A DNA stretch of 35,931 bases from a candidate division WOR-3 bacterium (lineage in GTDB: Bacteria > Hydrothermota > Tepidihabitantia > SM23-42 > JAOAFX01): contig JBDRWI010000019.1 of the NCBI GenBank assembly GCA_039802265.1, positions 1 through 35,931 of the forward strand, written 5' to 3'. Under the pieces are notes generated by a model. It was not told the DNA's origin and did not search any database. It saw only the letters and a program-made list of their open reading frames with translations. Each line of letters starts with the position of its first letter. The first letter of the stretch is position 1. Below are positions 20,013 to 28,272 of the stretch, piece after piece. Both the position numbers and the translations under genes were made by a program.

Positions 20013-20177
20013 GGTCAGGGTATCGGGAGATCAGGATATCCGGAAATCAGAAAAGAACCTTAAACAATTGCAGAGTTTATCCTTCGTTAATCAAGAAAGC
20101 CCATCATTTAAGTTTTTGACACCAGAAGGTGTCTTTACAATTTTACGGGACTGAAGTCCCTGCTCCAAAGATGGATA

Positions 20178-20205
20178 ATTATAGCCATCTCTAAGGAGTT
20201 GTCAA
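20178..20205 (-). promoter_or_regulatory. sigma70-type pilin promoter overlapped by an inverted repeat
   Basis: TTGACA-16nt-TATAAT; the -10 box lies between arms CTCC..AGATGG and CCATCT..GGAG (20163-20198). Confidence 0.7.
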
Positions 20206-20334
20206 TAGGTTTTTCAAAGAACATACAGTGGCAAGCACTGGACTCCAGAGACGCGCTCGGGACTAAATTCCCTGATCCCAAGTTTTTATTATACCAGCCT
20301 CCAAGCCTCAATCCATTACCCATCTTAGTAGATA

Positions 20335-20350
20335 TGCAAAAATTGTGCCT
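20335..20350 (-). promoter_or_regulatory. sigma54 -24/-12 promoter
   Basis: AGGCAC-AATTT-TTGCA, matching TGGCAC-N5-TTGC, downstream of an EBP gene and pointing at the pilin. Confidence 0.75.
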
Positions 20351-20398
20351 GAACCATTTTAAAAAAATTTTTAAATTTCAAGAGTTTTACCTTTTAAT

Positions 20399-20448
20399 CG
20401 TCTCATTGCTGAAGGAGCGTCTCATTTTGCGACACTTAAGTCTCGTTT
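20399..20448. promoter_or_regulatory. Putative enhancer (UAS) for a sigma54 activator
   Basis: CGTCTCATT at 20399 and 20418, AGTCTCGTT at 20439; the middle copy is a near-palindrome GTCTCA-TTT-TGCGAC. Confidence 0.5.
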
Positions 20449-20460
20449 TGCCTGTTAGTT

Positions 20461-21723
20461 CTATTTTTTTGCCTTCAATCGCCGATATAAGGTTGCCCTA
20501 CTTATTCCGAGTCTCTTTGCTGCCTCTGAAATATTACCTTTGCACTCCTTGAGTGCCTTTTTAATTTCATTATTCTCAAGTTCTTTTAATGGCTCGATCT
20601 CCATACCAGGAAGATTTATATGTTCGGGCTTGATATAATAGGTATCAGCAAGGACCGCTGCCCGTTCAATGAGATGTTTTAATTCCCGAACATTGCCGGG
20701 CCAGTGATAATTTTTCAAAACCTCAATCGTTGATTTCAGCAAACGCTTCTCACCGAGATTCTCTCTTTCACATATAGATTTTAAAAAATGCTCAGCCAGT
20801 AATGGAATATCTTCCTTGCGCTGGCGCAGAGGTGGCAGGGTTATTGGAATTACATTCAAACGGTAATACAAGTCTTCCCGGAATCTCTGAGCCTTCACCT
20901 CTTCATAAAGGTCCTTATTGGTGGCAGCGATAAGCCGAACATCCACCTTTATTGGTTTTGTGGCACCCAAAGGTACAATCTCCCGTTCTTCAAGGAATCT
21001 TAAAATCTTCATCTGGATTGAAAGGGGTGCATCACCTATCTCATCCAAAAAGAAACTCCCTTTATCGGCAACGACAAAGAGTCCGTCTTTATCGGTATTG
21101 GCACCGGTAAAGGCGCCCTTTTTATAACCAAAAAGTTCGCTCTCGAGCAGTGTCTCGGGAAGTGCAGCACAGGATATTGTAACAAAATTATTTTTTGAAC
21201 GTCTTGAACGCCGATGAATTTCCCGGGCAATCAATTCCTTTCCGGTTCCCGACTCGCCAAGGATTAAAACCGTCGTATCGGTACCGGCAATCCTGTCAAC
21301 AAGGTGTAAAATATTCTGCATTACTCTACTTTCACCGATGATTGTCGTGGGACTTTCCTGTTCCTTAACTAAATTTGCCTTGATTCGCCTGAGAATCTCA
21401 TCAATTCCAAATGGCTTCATAATATAATCGCTCACCCGGTCACGCAATGCATTTATAACCGATTCCATTGAACCATATGCGGTAATGAAAATTACCGGCA
21501 GCCGGGGATACATTACCCGAACCTGTTTTAAAAATTGAAATCCGTCCATCTGGGGCATTCTAATATCACTAATCACACAATCAAATCTTTCTGTCTTCAA
21601 ATGCTTCAAGGCATCTTGTGGTTCAGTCGTTGCATAGACATCATAACCATTCTCCTGCAAGGCATAGGAAAGCCATTTAATAAGGCTTTCTTCATCATCA
21701 AGGAGTAAAATCTTTTGTTTCAT
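20461..21723 (-). CDS. sigma54-dependent response regulator (NtrC/PilR family)
   Basis: Receiver domain (LDDE, SDIRMP.MDG, KPF), GESGTGKE, ESELFG, GAFTGA, WPGNVREL, Fis HTH; likely start ATG 21723 (track 21750). Confidence 0.93.
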   Translation of the reverse strand: MKQKILLLDDEESLIKWLSYALQENGYDVYATTEPQDALKHLKTERFDCVISDIRMPQMDGFQFLKQVRVMYPRLPVIFITAYGSMESVINALRDRVSDYIMKPFGIDEILRRIKANLVKEQESPTTIIGESRVMQNILHLVDRIAGTDTTVLILGESGTGKELIAREIHRRSRRSKNNFVTISCAALPETLLESELFGYKKGAFTGANTDKDGLFVVADKGSFFLDEIGDAPLSIQMKILRFLEEREIVPLGATKPIKVDVRLIAATNKDLYEEVKAQRFREDLYYRLNVIPITLPPLRQRKEDIPLLAEHFLKSICERENLGEKRLLKSTIEVLKNYHWPGNVRELKHLIERAAVLADTYYIKPEHINLPGMEIEPLKELENNEIKKALKECKGNISEAAKRLGISRATLYRRLKAKK

Positions 21724-21762
21724 AATACCGAGGATACAGAAAAACCGCAAAAAATGCGGAAT

Positions 21763-22686
21763 TTATTTCTTCCTTCGGGAAAATATTTCTTCAAGGGTAA
21801 GTCTTAATTGCGGTGATATTACAAACTCCCACAGATTACCTTTTGTCCTGATTGCGCCATTAAAATCAAAAGAGATTTTACCGAGATTTTTAAATGGTAT
21901 TCCCATGCCGAGGCCAATACGATGCTCTTTAATTTCCTTTAAGTACCAAGGGTTATAGTTATAGGAAAAAGAATAAATGTCCTTTTCTACCATTAACCTA
22001 ATCCGGTTTATGTTTCTATCAATCCATACCGAATGTTCAAGTGATAAAGAATAATCCCAAGTATTGACGTCCTTTTCCAAGCCAAATCCAATAACCTGTG
22101 CCAGTTTATAGGTAGTGTCGCCGCTACTCCTTTCCATATCAATACTTCCCAGGCCCTCATAATATACAGTTAAGAACAAAACCTTCAAACCTGCCGAGTA
22201 TATTTGACCTTTATATTTATAGGAAAATGTATCGGCGATGGTATAATCACCAATTGTATAATTCCAGACCTCAAAAGAACTGCCAAATAAAAAGGAACCG
22301 CGGTAGAAAATTTCGGTAAAATTTAACCATTGGTTTACCTGGAGATACACCTCTTCAATCCCGCCCCTTGACTTTGTATAAATCTTTAATAACTCCCTTT
22401 CGCTATAAATGTCATATACCTGATTGAAACGCTCAAGGTTTCCGAGTGAAAGCGACAGCCCCTTATAAACCGGAACTTTAAGACTTAGGTAAAAGGGATT
22501 GGTCCAGAATAGGCACCTAAATTTCTTTTCCTCACTGATTAAATTAAATTCTGGATTAAGGGTAAATTCAATCCGGGCAGTCTTCAAATCACCCAAGAAT
22601 GTCTGTTGAAAAATCGCCCTCTCTTCACCAAAGCCTTCAATGGCAAATACCGAGGCACTGATAAGACTTAATAATAACGCATTCAA
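21763..22686 (-). CDS. Exported putative outer-membrane beta-barrel protein
   Basis: Signal peptide ending VFA and amphipathic beta-strand pattern. Confidence 0.6.
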   Translation of the reverse strand: MNALLLSLISASVFAIEGFGEERAIFQQTFLGDLKTARIEFTLNPEFNLISEEKKFRCLFWTNPFYLSLKVPVYKGLSLSLGNLERFNQVYDIYSERELLKIYTKSRGGIEEVYLQVNQWLNFTEIFYRGSFLFGSSFEVWNYTIGDYTIADTFSYKYKGQIYSAGLKVLFLTVYYEGLGSIDMERSSGDTTYKLAQVIGFGLEKDVNTWDYSLSLEHSVWIDRNINRIRLMVEKDIYSFSYNYNPWYLKEIKEHRIGLGMGIPFKNLGKISFDFNGAIRTKGNLWEFVISPQLRLTLEEIFSRRKK

Positions 22687-22688
22687 TC

Positions 22689-23810
22689 CTATCTCTCCTG
22701 CGGTGGCCTGATAAAACCTACTTTTAAATTATGCGAGCCTTTTATCAACTTGATATTTGTTATGTCGTAATTTTCAGGTGAAAGGTAGATAAAAAAACCA
22801 AAATTGGAATCCGGATGGTCAATGATCCGCTGGATATAACGGACAATATCCAGGCTGAATGTAGAATCCTTCAGACTGAACTTCTTCAATGCTATCTGCG
22901 GTCCCAATTCGCTGTCAAATCCAGTGAATGGTTTAATTAAATATTTGACACCAATCTCTACTGAGTCCCGATAAGAAAAATAGTGCTCTAAGTCAAAGGT
23001 CAATTCACCAAAGATTGCCTTTGAACTATCAAGTGTTGTATCATAATTGAATTTTACATAATTTCTGTATACCACACCACTGCCCAGCCAGTCTTCCCAG
23101 TAATTTGGTGTTGTATCTGCTTTTATTATATGACAGTCAGAACCCAACGGTATACCATTTACCACACCGTTTTTGACAACCTTGAAAGTAGGCGCCTTCC
23201 CACCCTCCCGGGAATGGAAAAAGCAAAAACCATCAGAATGTGGGATTAATATCAAACCCTTTGAATTCATTATCTTGCTCAAATCAATATAATTGAACCA
23301 GACAATCAGCGAATCCCCATTTACCTTACAAAATCGCAAAGAATCAATTTCAAAATCTCCACCCGGATTCTGCCATGGTTCGGTATTGCTCTTTTCATAC
23401 CAGGTTGCCTCACCTTCAGTAAAATCGCTATTCAACAGATAAATCCCGATACTGATTGTATCAAATCGGAATAGAGTATTACGATAGAGCGTAAGTTTTA
23501 TCTCGTCAAGCCCCGAATATGTAGTATCTGGAAAGTTAAACTTTAATAGAATCCGTGATTCGTAGATATCGTTTTTACCAAGGACGAGATTCTGGGAAGT
23601 GCCCACCGGAATGTTCTTGAATTCGGTGGAAGATACAAAAATTTCTAATCTTAATGTATCTGTAGCAAATCCTCCCCTTACTTCTAACTCATCCTCACCC
23701 AGGGGAAGTTTGTTGCAATTGAATAGCAGAATAATAATTAAATTTAAGAAAATGCATCCCCTATTCCTGATAAAAGACTGCCACTTCAATTTCCTGTGGA
23801 CTAAATACAT
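22689..23810 (-). CDS. Putative lipoprotein with DNRLRE/DUF4270-like beta-sandwich domains
   Basis: Hydrophobic stretch then LFNC; SRILLKF, E.EATW...W..PGGDF, FHSRE, N.GF motifs; start uncertain. Confidence 0.65.
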   Translation of the reverse strand: MYLVHRKLKWQSFIRNRGCIFLNLIIILLFNCNKLPLGEDELEVRGGFATDTLRLEIFVSSTEFKNIPVGTSQNLVLGKNDIYESRILLKFNFPDTTYSGLDEIKLTLYRNTLFRFDTISIGIYLLNSDFTEGEATWYEKSNTEPWQNPGGDFEIDSLRFCKVNGDSLIVWFNYIDLSKIMNSKGLILIPHSDGFCFFHSREGGKAPTFKVVKNGVVNGIPLGSDCHIIKADTTPNYWEDWLGSGVVYRNYVKFNYDTTLDSSKAIFGELTFDLEHYFSYRDSVEIGVKYLIKPFTGFDSELGPQIALKKFSLKDSTFSLDIVRYIQRIIDHPDSNFGFFIYLSPENYDITNIKLIKGSHNLKVGFIRPPQER

Positions 23811-23816
23811 TTTATA

Positions 23817-23844
23817 AATATACCCAATTTATAATCAAAGTCAA
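23817..23844 (-). promoter_or_regulatory. sigma70-type promoter, probably leaderless
   Basis: TTGACT-16nt-TATATT, ATG 6 nt downstream at 23810. Confidence 0.5.
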
Positions 23845-24740
23845 GTGCGATGATTGAGGTAATGGAGAAATCGCTTCAAACCGCCATATATCACCATTCC
23901 GCGCTTTGCACCCAAGATTTCTCGGGCTGATTTTTTATTTGAGGCAATCTCATAATAACCAGAACTACCTTTTACCGCAATGAGTTCACCAGATTTGCCT
24001 GCACCGTAAAATTTTTTCACTTTTATTAAAGTCTTAACTCTCCTTGGCGGTAAAATGAAATAATCAATTTCCATATTGTTCGGAATATTTGTTATCAAAT
24101 TCCCAAAATGGTCAATATAAACGATTTCGCCGTGGATTATATTTTTCTTTCTCTTTATCTTAGGAAACCCGAATTTTGTATACCCTTTTATCAGCCTTCC
24201 CAAATTTGAAGGTCTTTCTCCATTAGAGAGCCTTGCTGCAATTGGTCCAAAAATATCGCGGGCGTGGAATGTTGAACTCAATTTTTTCTTTATATCTATC
24301 TCATAGACCTTTGAGCGGTCGTTATAAATATAAGAGAAAATCCCATTATCAGGACCAACAAAGTAATAACCATCTGATTCCACAATAATCGGCTTTCTCT
24401 TACTCCCTACACCCGGGTCAACTACTGCAAGATGAACTGTGCCTTCGGGAAAATTTTTGTAAACCGACTTTAATAGAAATGCAGCAGAATGAATATCAAA
24501 CGATGGCAGGCAATGGGTTATGTCAATAATTCTTAGCCGTGGATTTATCTTCAAAATCTCTCCCTTTACTGCTGCAACAAACCAATCCTGCTCGCCAAAA
24601 TCAGAGAGAAAGGTAATAATTGACAGAACATCATCAGGGGCTAAAGCCCCTGAAACCCCAACCTTCACCCTTGTTCTCTCCCTTAAAAAGGGAGAGGATG
24701 AAGGTGAGGGTTCCTTGATATTTTCCAAATTCCTATACAT
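23841..24740 (-). CDS. SAM hydrolase / SAM-dependent chlorinase-fluorinase family (DUF62)
   Basis: ITFLSDFG, IDITH, HLAVVDPGVGS.R, GPDNG, STFHARDIF.P, ID.FGNLITN; start uncertain (ATG 24740 or GTG 24668). Confidence 0.92.
   Translation of the reverse strand: MYRNLENIKEPSPSSSPFLRERTRVKVGVSGALAPDDVLSIITFLSDFGEQDWFVAAVKGEILKINPRLRIIDITHCLPSFDIHSAAFLLKSVYKNFPEGTVHLAVVDPGVGSKRKPIIVESDGYYFVGPDNGIFSYIYNDRSKVYEIDIKKKLSSTFHARDIFGPIAARLSNGERPSNLGRLIKGYTKFGFPKIKRKKNIIHGEIVYIDHFGNLITNIPNNMEIDYFILPPRRVKTLIKVKKFYGAGKSGELIAVKGSSGYYEIASNKKSAREILGAKRGMVIYGGLKRFLHYLNHRT
24661..24711. repeat. CCCTCACC..CTCTCCC-N-GGGAGAG palindromic repeat, copy 1
   Basis: Long imperfect inverted repeat; the first 24 nt on the minus strand match 28225-28248 with one mismatch. 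Confidence 0.8.
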
Positions 24741-24773
24741 TAAAATACCTAAAAGTCCAGAATGCCTAAATAC

Positions 24774-25280
24774 CTAAAACCATTTAACCATCCAGCTATC
24801 CAACCATCTAACTAATTCTTTCTTTTCGGTCACCCTCTTAATCCATAAGAACCACTTCTTGGGTAAGACCTGACTTGCTGCAACACCGCTTTTCAATATT
24901 AGTGGGGCAATCTCTGATCTATCAACCGCAGCGCCTTTATTCATAAGCAGAAGCACAATTAAAAATACGAAAGAGACAACCACCCCTTTTATAAATCCCA
25001 ATAGACCACCAAATAGTCTGTCCATCAACCCCAAGGGTGTATAATGAATAAGTTTTGAAATAATCCGTCCGGTTATTGATACGACGATTACTACACCGAC
25101 AAAGATTAATAAAAAACCGAGTATCCGCGAAATTCCCAGTTCAGAGGAATATTTGAGAGCAAGGATGTAGCCTCCTATAATTCCAATAATATCAAAGACT
25201 CCCCTGATCAATCCAACGATAATACCATGCATAAGAAAGAAACATAATATTATTAGAATCACAATATCAAGCCAAGTCAT
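24774..25280 (-). CDS. cvpA: CvpA family (colicin V production) membrane protein
   Basis: W.DI.I...G...GL.R, DRLFG.L.G..KG, S...P motif. Confidence 0.85.
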   Translation of the reverse strand: MTWLDIVILIILCFFLMHGIIVGLIRGVFDIIGIIGGYILALKYSSELGISRILGFLLIFVGVVIVVSITGRIISKLIHYTPLGLMDRLFGGLLGFIKGVVVSFVFLIVLLLMNKGAAVDRSEIAPLILKSGVAASQVLPKKWFLWIKRVTEKKELVRWLDSWMVKWF

Positions 25281-25304
25281 AGATTAGACAAACACCGTCC
25301 TTTT

Positions 25305-25362
25305 ATTATACCCGGTTGTTATCTTTTGTCAACCTTGACATCTAAGTCTTTTTGATTATACT
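25305..25362. promoter_or_regulatory. Back-to-back divergent sigma70-type promoters
   Basis: Minus: TTGACA(25332-25327)-16nt-TATAAT(25310-25305). Plus: TTGACA(25335-25340)-16nt-TATACT(25357-25362), ATG 5 nt later. Confidence 0.72.
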
Positions 25363-25367
25363 TAAAT

Positions 25368-26855
25368 ATGGGAAAAACGAAAGAGAAAGGCGTAAGAAAA
25401 CTCATTGATTTTTTTAAAGAAGGCACAGTCAGTCATTATCATAAAATTTTCTTTAAAAATATCAATGCAGTTATTTACATACATGACCAAAAGGGAAGGA
25501 TAATCTATCTCAATGAATTTGCCGAAAGAATATCTCATTATAAAATAGAGGAACTACTCGGAAAGCACTTCAAAAAGATCGTTGCGCCTGAATCACTGCC
25601 AGTGGCATATCATGCCTTTCGCACTCAGCTTTCGGGTAAGAATGTAAAGCCATTTGAACTGACGGTGCTGGATAAAAACGGCCAAAGGATTCATCTCAAG
25701 ACCACCGAAACAGTAATTCTGGACCGCAGTGGAAAGGTAAACGGCGTGTTGGGTATTGCGACAGACATTACCGAGCATAAAGAACTCACGCAGAGATTGT
25801 CAAAAATGGTAAAGGAATTGAATCTCCTTCATATAATCGGTCAGGAGCTATCCGCCATCCTTGACATTGACCTGTTATTATACCGAATTGTGAAACACCT
25901 GAAGGAAACCCTTGGTTATGAAAGGGCCGCGGTAGGCCTTATAGACCTGCAAAGAAATGAACTCATAATCCGGGCAGCAGAACCAAGATATCCAAGGTCA
26001 GTAATGGCAAGATTAAAAGTAAAACTTGGTGAGGGTATTACCGGTTATGTGGCAAAGACTGGCAAACCATACCTCTGTAATGATGTGTCAAAAGACCCAC
26101 ACTATATTATCTTTGATAAAAATACCAAATCCGAGGTGGCAGTTCCTTTAAAAGTTGGCGATAAAATCATCGGTGTTATTAATATTGAAAGCTACCATGA
26201 AGATACCTTTGATGAAGACGATGTGCAGACATTGACCCTTATCGCCAATCAGGCGGCAATCGCCATTGAAAATAGTAGATTATATAACTCCCTAAAACAG
26301 AGTTATCTGGACAGTATCAAAACCCTTGTCTCGGCTATCGAAGCCAAGGACCATTATACCTATGGTCATTCAGAAAGGGTGAGGAAATATGCACTCCAGA
26401 TTGCCCGTGAATTAAAATTATCTCCTCAACAAATAGAGGAATTAAATTATGCTGGCTATCTCCACGATATCGGAAAGATTGGCATCAATGACCGGATACT
26501 AACCAAACCCGAATCGCTAACCCCCTCTGAATATGAAGTGATTAAAAAACACCCCAGTATTGGACACAATATCCTGCGGTCCGCACACCACCTTGCTGGC
26601 GCAAGTCAGATAATCAAATATGAGCATGAAAGGTATGATGGAACTGGCTATCCAAATGGCTTGAAGGATGGTGAAATTCCTATTGGGGCAAGAATCATCG
26701 CGGTTGCTGACGCCTACGATGCAATGACCACAGACCGTCCCTATCGCCAGGCACTAAGCAAAAAAGAGGCTATCAAACGCCTTAAAGAAAATATGGGAAC
26801 GCAATTTGACCCGAAGGTTGTCCGGGCATTTTTGAAAATAATCAAACGCAAATAA
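25368..26855 (+). CDS. PAS-GAF-HD-GYP cyclic dinucleotide phosphodiesterase
   Basis: PAS/PAC (DITE), GAF (G.GITG.VA, SE.AVPL, F..DD), D.YT.GHS.RV, LHDIGK, HERYDGTGYP, AVADAYDAM...RPYR, QFDP. Confidence 0.93.
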   Translation: MGKTKEKGVRKLIDFFKEGTVSHYHKIFFKNINAVIYIHDQKGRIIYLNEFAERISHYKIEELLGKHFKKIVAPESLPVAYHAFRTQLSGKNVKPFELTVLDKNGQRIHLKTTETVILDRSGKVNGVLGIATDITEHKELTQRLSKMVKELNLLHIIGQELSAILDIDLLLYRIVKHLKETLGYERAAVGLIDLQRNELIIRAAEPRYPRSVMARLKVKLGEGITGYVAKTGKPYLCNDVSKDPHYIIFDKNTKSEVAVPLKVGDKIIGVINIESYHEDTFDEDDVQTLTLIANQAAIAIENSRLYNSLKQSYLDSIKTLVSAIEAKDHYTYGHSERVRKYALQIARELKLSPQQIEELNYAGYLHDIGKIGINDRILTKPESLTPSEYEVIKKHPSIGHNILRSAHHLAGASQIIKYEHERYDGTGYPNGLKDGEIPIGARIIAVADAYDAMTTDRPYRQALSKKEAIKRLKENMGTQFDPKVVRAFLKIIKRK

Positions 26856-26858
26856 ATT

Positions 26859-28232
26859 TTACCTTATCCAGTTTATATCCTCAAACTTTAAATCATCTTC
26901 TTTTAAATCACCCACAATCACCAGACAGAAATCTTCTGGATGGAGATATTTTATTGCCGCCTCTTTTACTTCGGCAAGCGTTATGTGAGAAATCAAGCCT
27001 TCAAACCTTTCAAGATAATCGAGTCCGAGTTTTGCCTTTTCAATCTCCGCGATAAAATTTGCCATCTTTCGGTAGGTATCAAATTCAAGGGGTAGGTGTC
27101 CGGTGTAATACTTCTTTGCACTCGTAAGTTCATCTTCACTAATTTCAATTTGCATTCTTTTAAGTTCATTAATTATTATCTGGACCACCTCATTTGCCGA
27201 CTCATTCTTGGTCTGAACTTCACAGACAAAGTACCCGCCATTATGAAACCGCTCAAAATATGAATAGGCACTATAGGCGAGTCCCCTCTTCTCTCTTATT
27301 TCATTTGTAATGCGGGAGATAAGACCGGAACCACCAAGAATGTAATTCATTAAGCGGATTTGTAGCCAATCCGGAGCGGAAAGATTTGGACCTAAAAAAC
27401 CTAAAAAGATATATGCCTGAGAAATGTCCCTTTTTATTATATAGCCATTCTTACCCGCTGGTGGTCGTGGACTCTCAATATTCAAGTTAGGTCTTTCGCC
27501 CTTAGGCCATTTTTCAAACTCATTACCAAGTATCTTTAGCAGCGAATCCCGGGAAAAATCGCCAACGAAGACAAAAAATGTATTATTGGGGATGTAATAC
27601 TTTTTGAAAAAATTTTTGACTGCATCAAGGGTAATTCCTTTTATCGTTGAATCAAAACCTTCAGGAAGATGATTGAGTGGAGACCCCGCAAACAGGTATT
27701 TTCGGAAATTAACCATGCCCAGATAATATGGGTCATCCATATTTGCCTTCAACCTGGAGATGGTCTCTTTCTTCAACCGGTTAAATTCCAGTGTATCAAA
27801 TACCGGATTTGTCAAAATATCGCCCACTACCTTTATTAATAGCGATAAATCTTTGCTCAGGATTCTTGCTGAAAAACCAGCATAATCCTCTCCTATCAAT
27901 GGCGAGAGTTCACCCCCGACATATTCTATCATATCTAACGGTGCCTCTTTAGACCTTTCACTGCGTCTCAGGAGCAGTTGGTTTAAAATATACGCCAGCC
28001 CTTCTTGTTGGGCAGGGTCATAGACACTTCCAGCGCGAATTAAAATCCTCATCTCAACCATTGGAATCTTATGCGCCTCCACGGACAGAACCACAAGTCC
28101 ATTTTTAAGGGTATCACGTTGAATTGTAATCGCCTGTGCCGTGATTGAAAGAAGAAGGATTAAATAGATAATCCTTTTTAGAATCTTATCTTTCCGTTGT
28201 CGGGTAGGCATCGTACCACCCTTCACCCTCAC
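26859..28232 (-). CDS. M16B peptidase, non-catalytic partner subunit
   Basis: L.NGL, no HxxEH (YILNQ instead), SR...IREKRGLAY R/Y pair; signal peptide; start GTG 28232 or ATG 28211. Confidence 0.88.
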   Translation of the reverse strand: MRVKGGTMPTRQRKDKILKRIIYLILLLSITAQAITIQRDTLKNGLVVLSVEAHKIPMVEMRILIRAGSVYDPAQQEGLAYILNQLLLRRSERSKEAPLDMIEYVGGELSPLIGEDYAGFSARILSKDLSLLIKVVGDILTNPVFDTLEFNRLKKETISRLKANMDDPYYLGMVNFRKYLFAGSPLNHLPEGFDSTIKGITLDAVKNFFKKYYIPNNTFFVFVGDFSRDSLLKILGNEFEKWPKGERPNLNIESPRPPAGKNGYIIKRDISQAYIFLGFLGPNLSAPDWLQIRLMNYILGGSGLISRITNEIREKRGLAYSAYSYFERFHNGGYFVCEVQTKNESANEVVQIIINELKRMQIEISEDELTSAKKYYTGHLPLEFDTYRKMANFIAEIEKAKLGLDYLERFEGLISHITLAEVKEAAIKYLHPEDFCLVIVGDLKEDDLKFEDINWIR

Positions 28233-28272
28233 CTTAATCCTCTCCCTTCAAGGGAGAGGGAAGTGTGTGGGG
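28225..28272. repeat. CCCTCACC..CTCTCCC-N-GGGAGAG palindromic repeat, copy 2
   Basis: ACCCTCACCTTAATCCTCTCCCTTCAAGGGAGAGGG spans the junction of the two M16 genes. Confidence 0.8.

Noticed and set aside
20135..20323. 62-aa leaderless ORF at the predicted sigma54 TSS
   Set aside because: No recognisable protein features, and it runs through promoter and hairpin DNA; the position may be coincidental.
23841..24740. True fluorinase/chlorinase
   Set aside because: DUF62-type D/R/H residues and a housekeeping context favour SAM hydrolase; no halometabolite cluster nearby.
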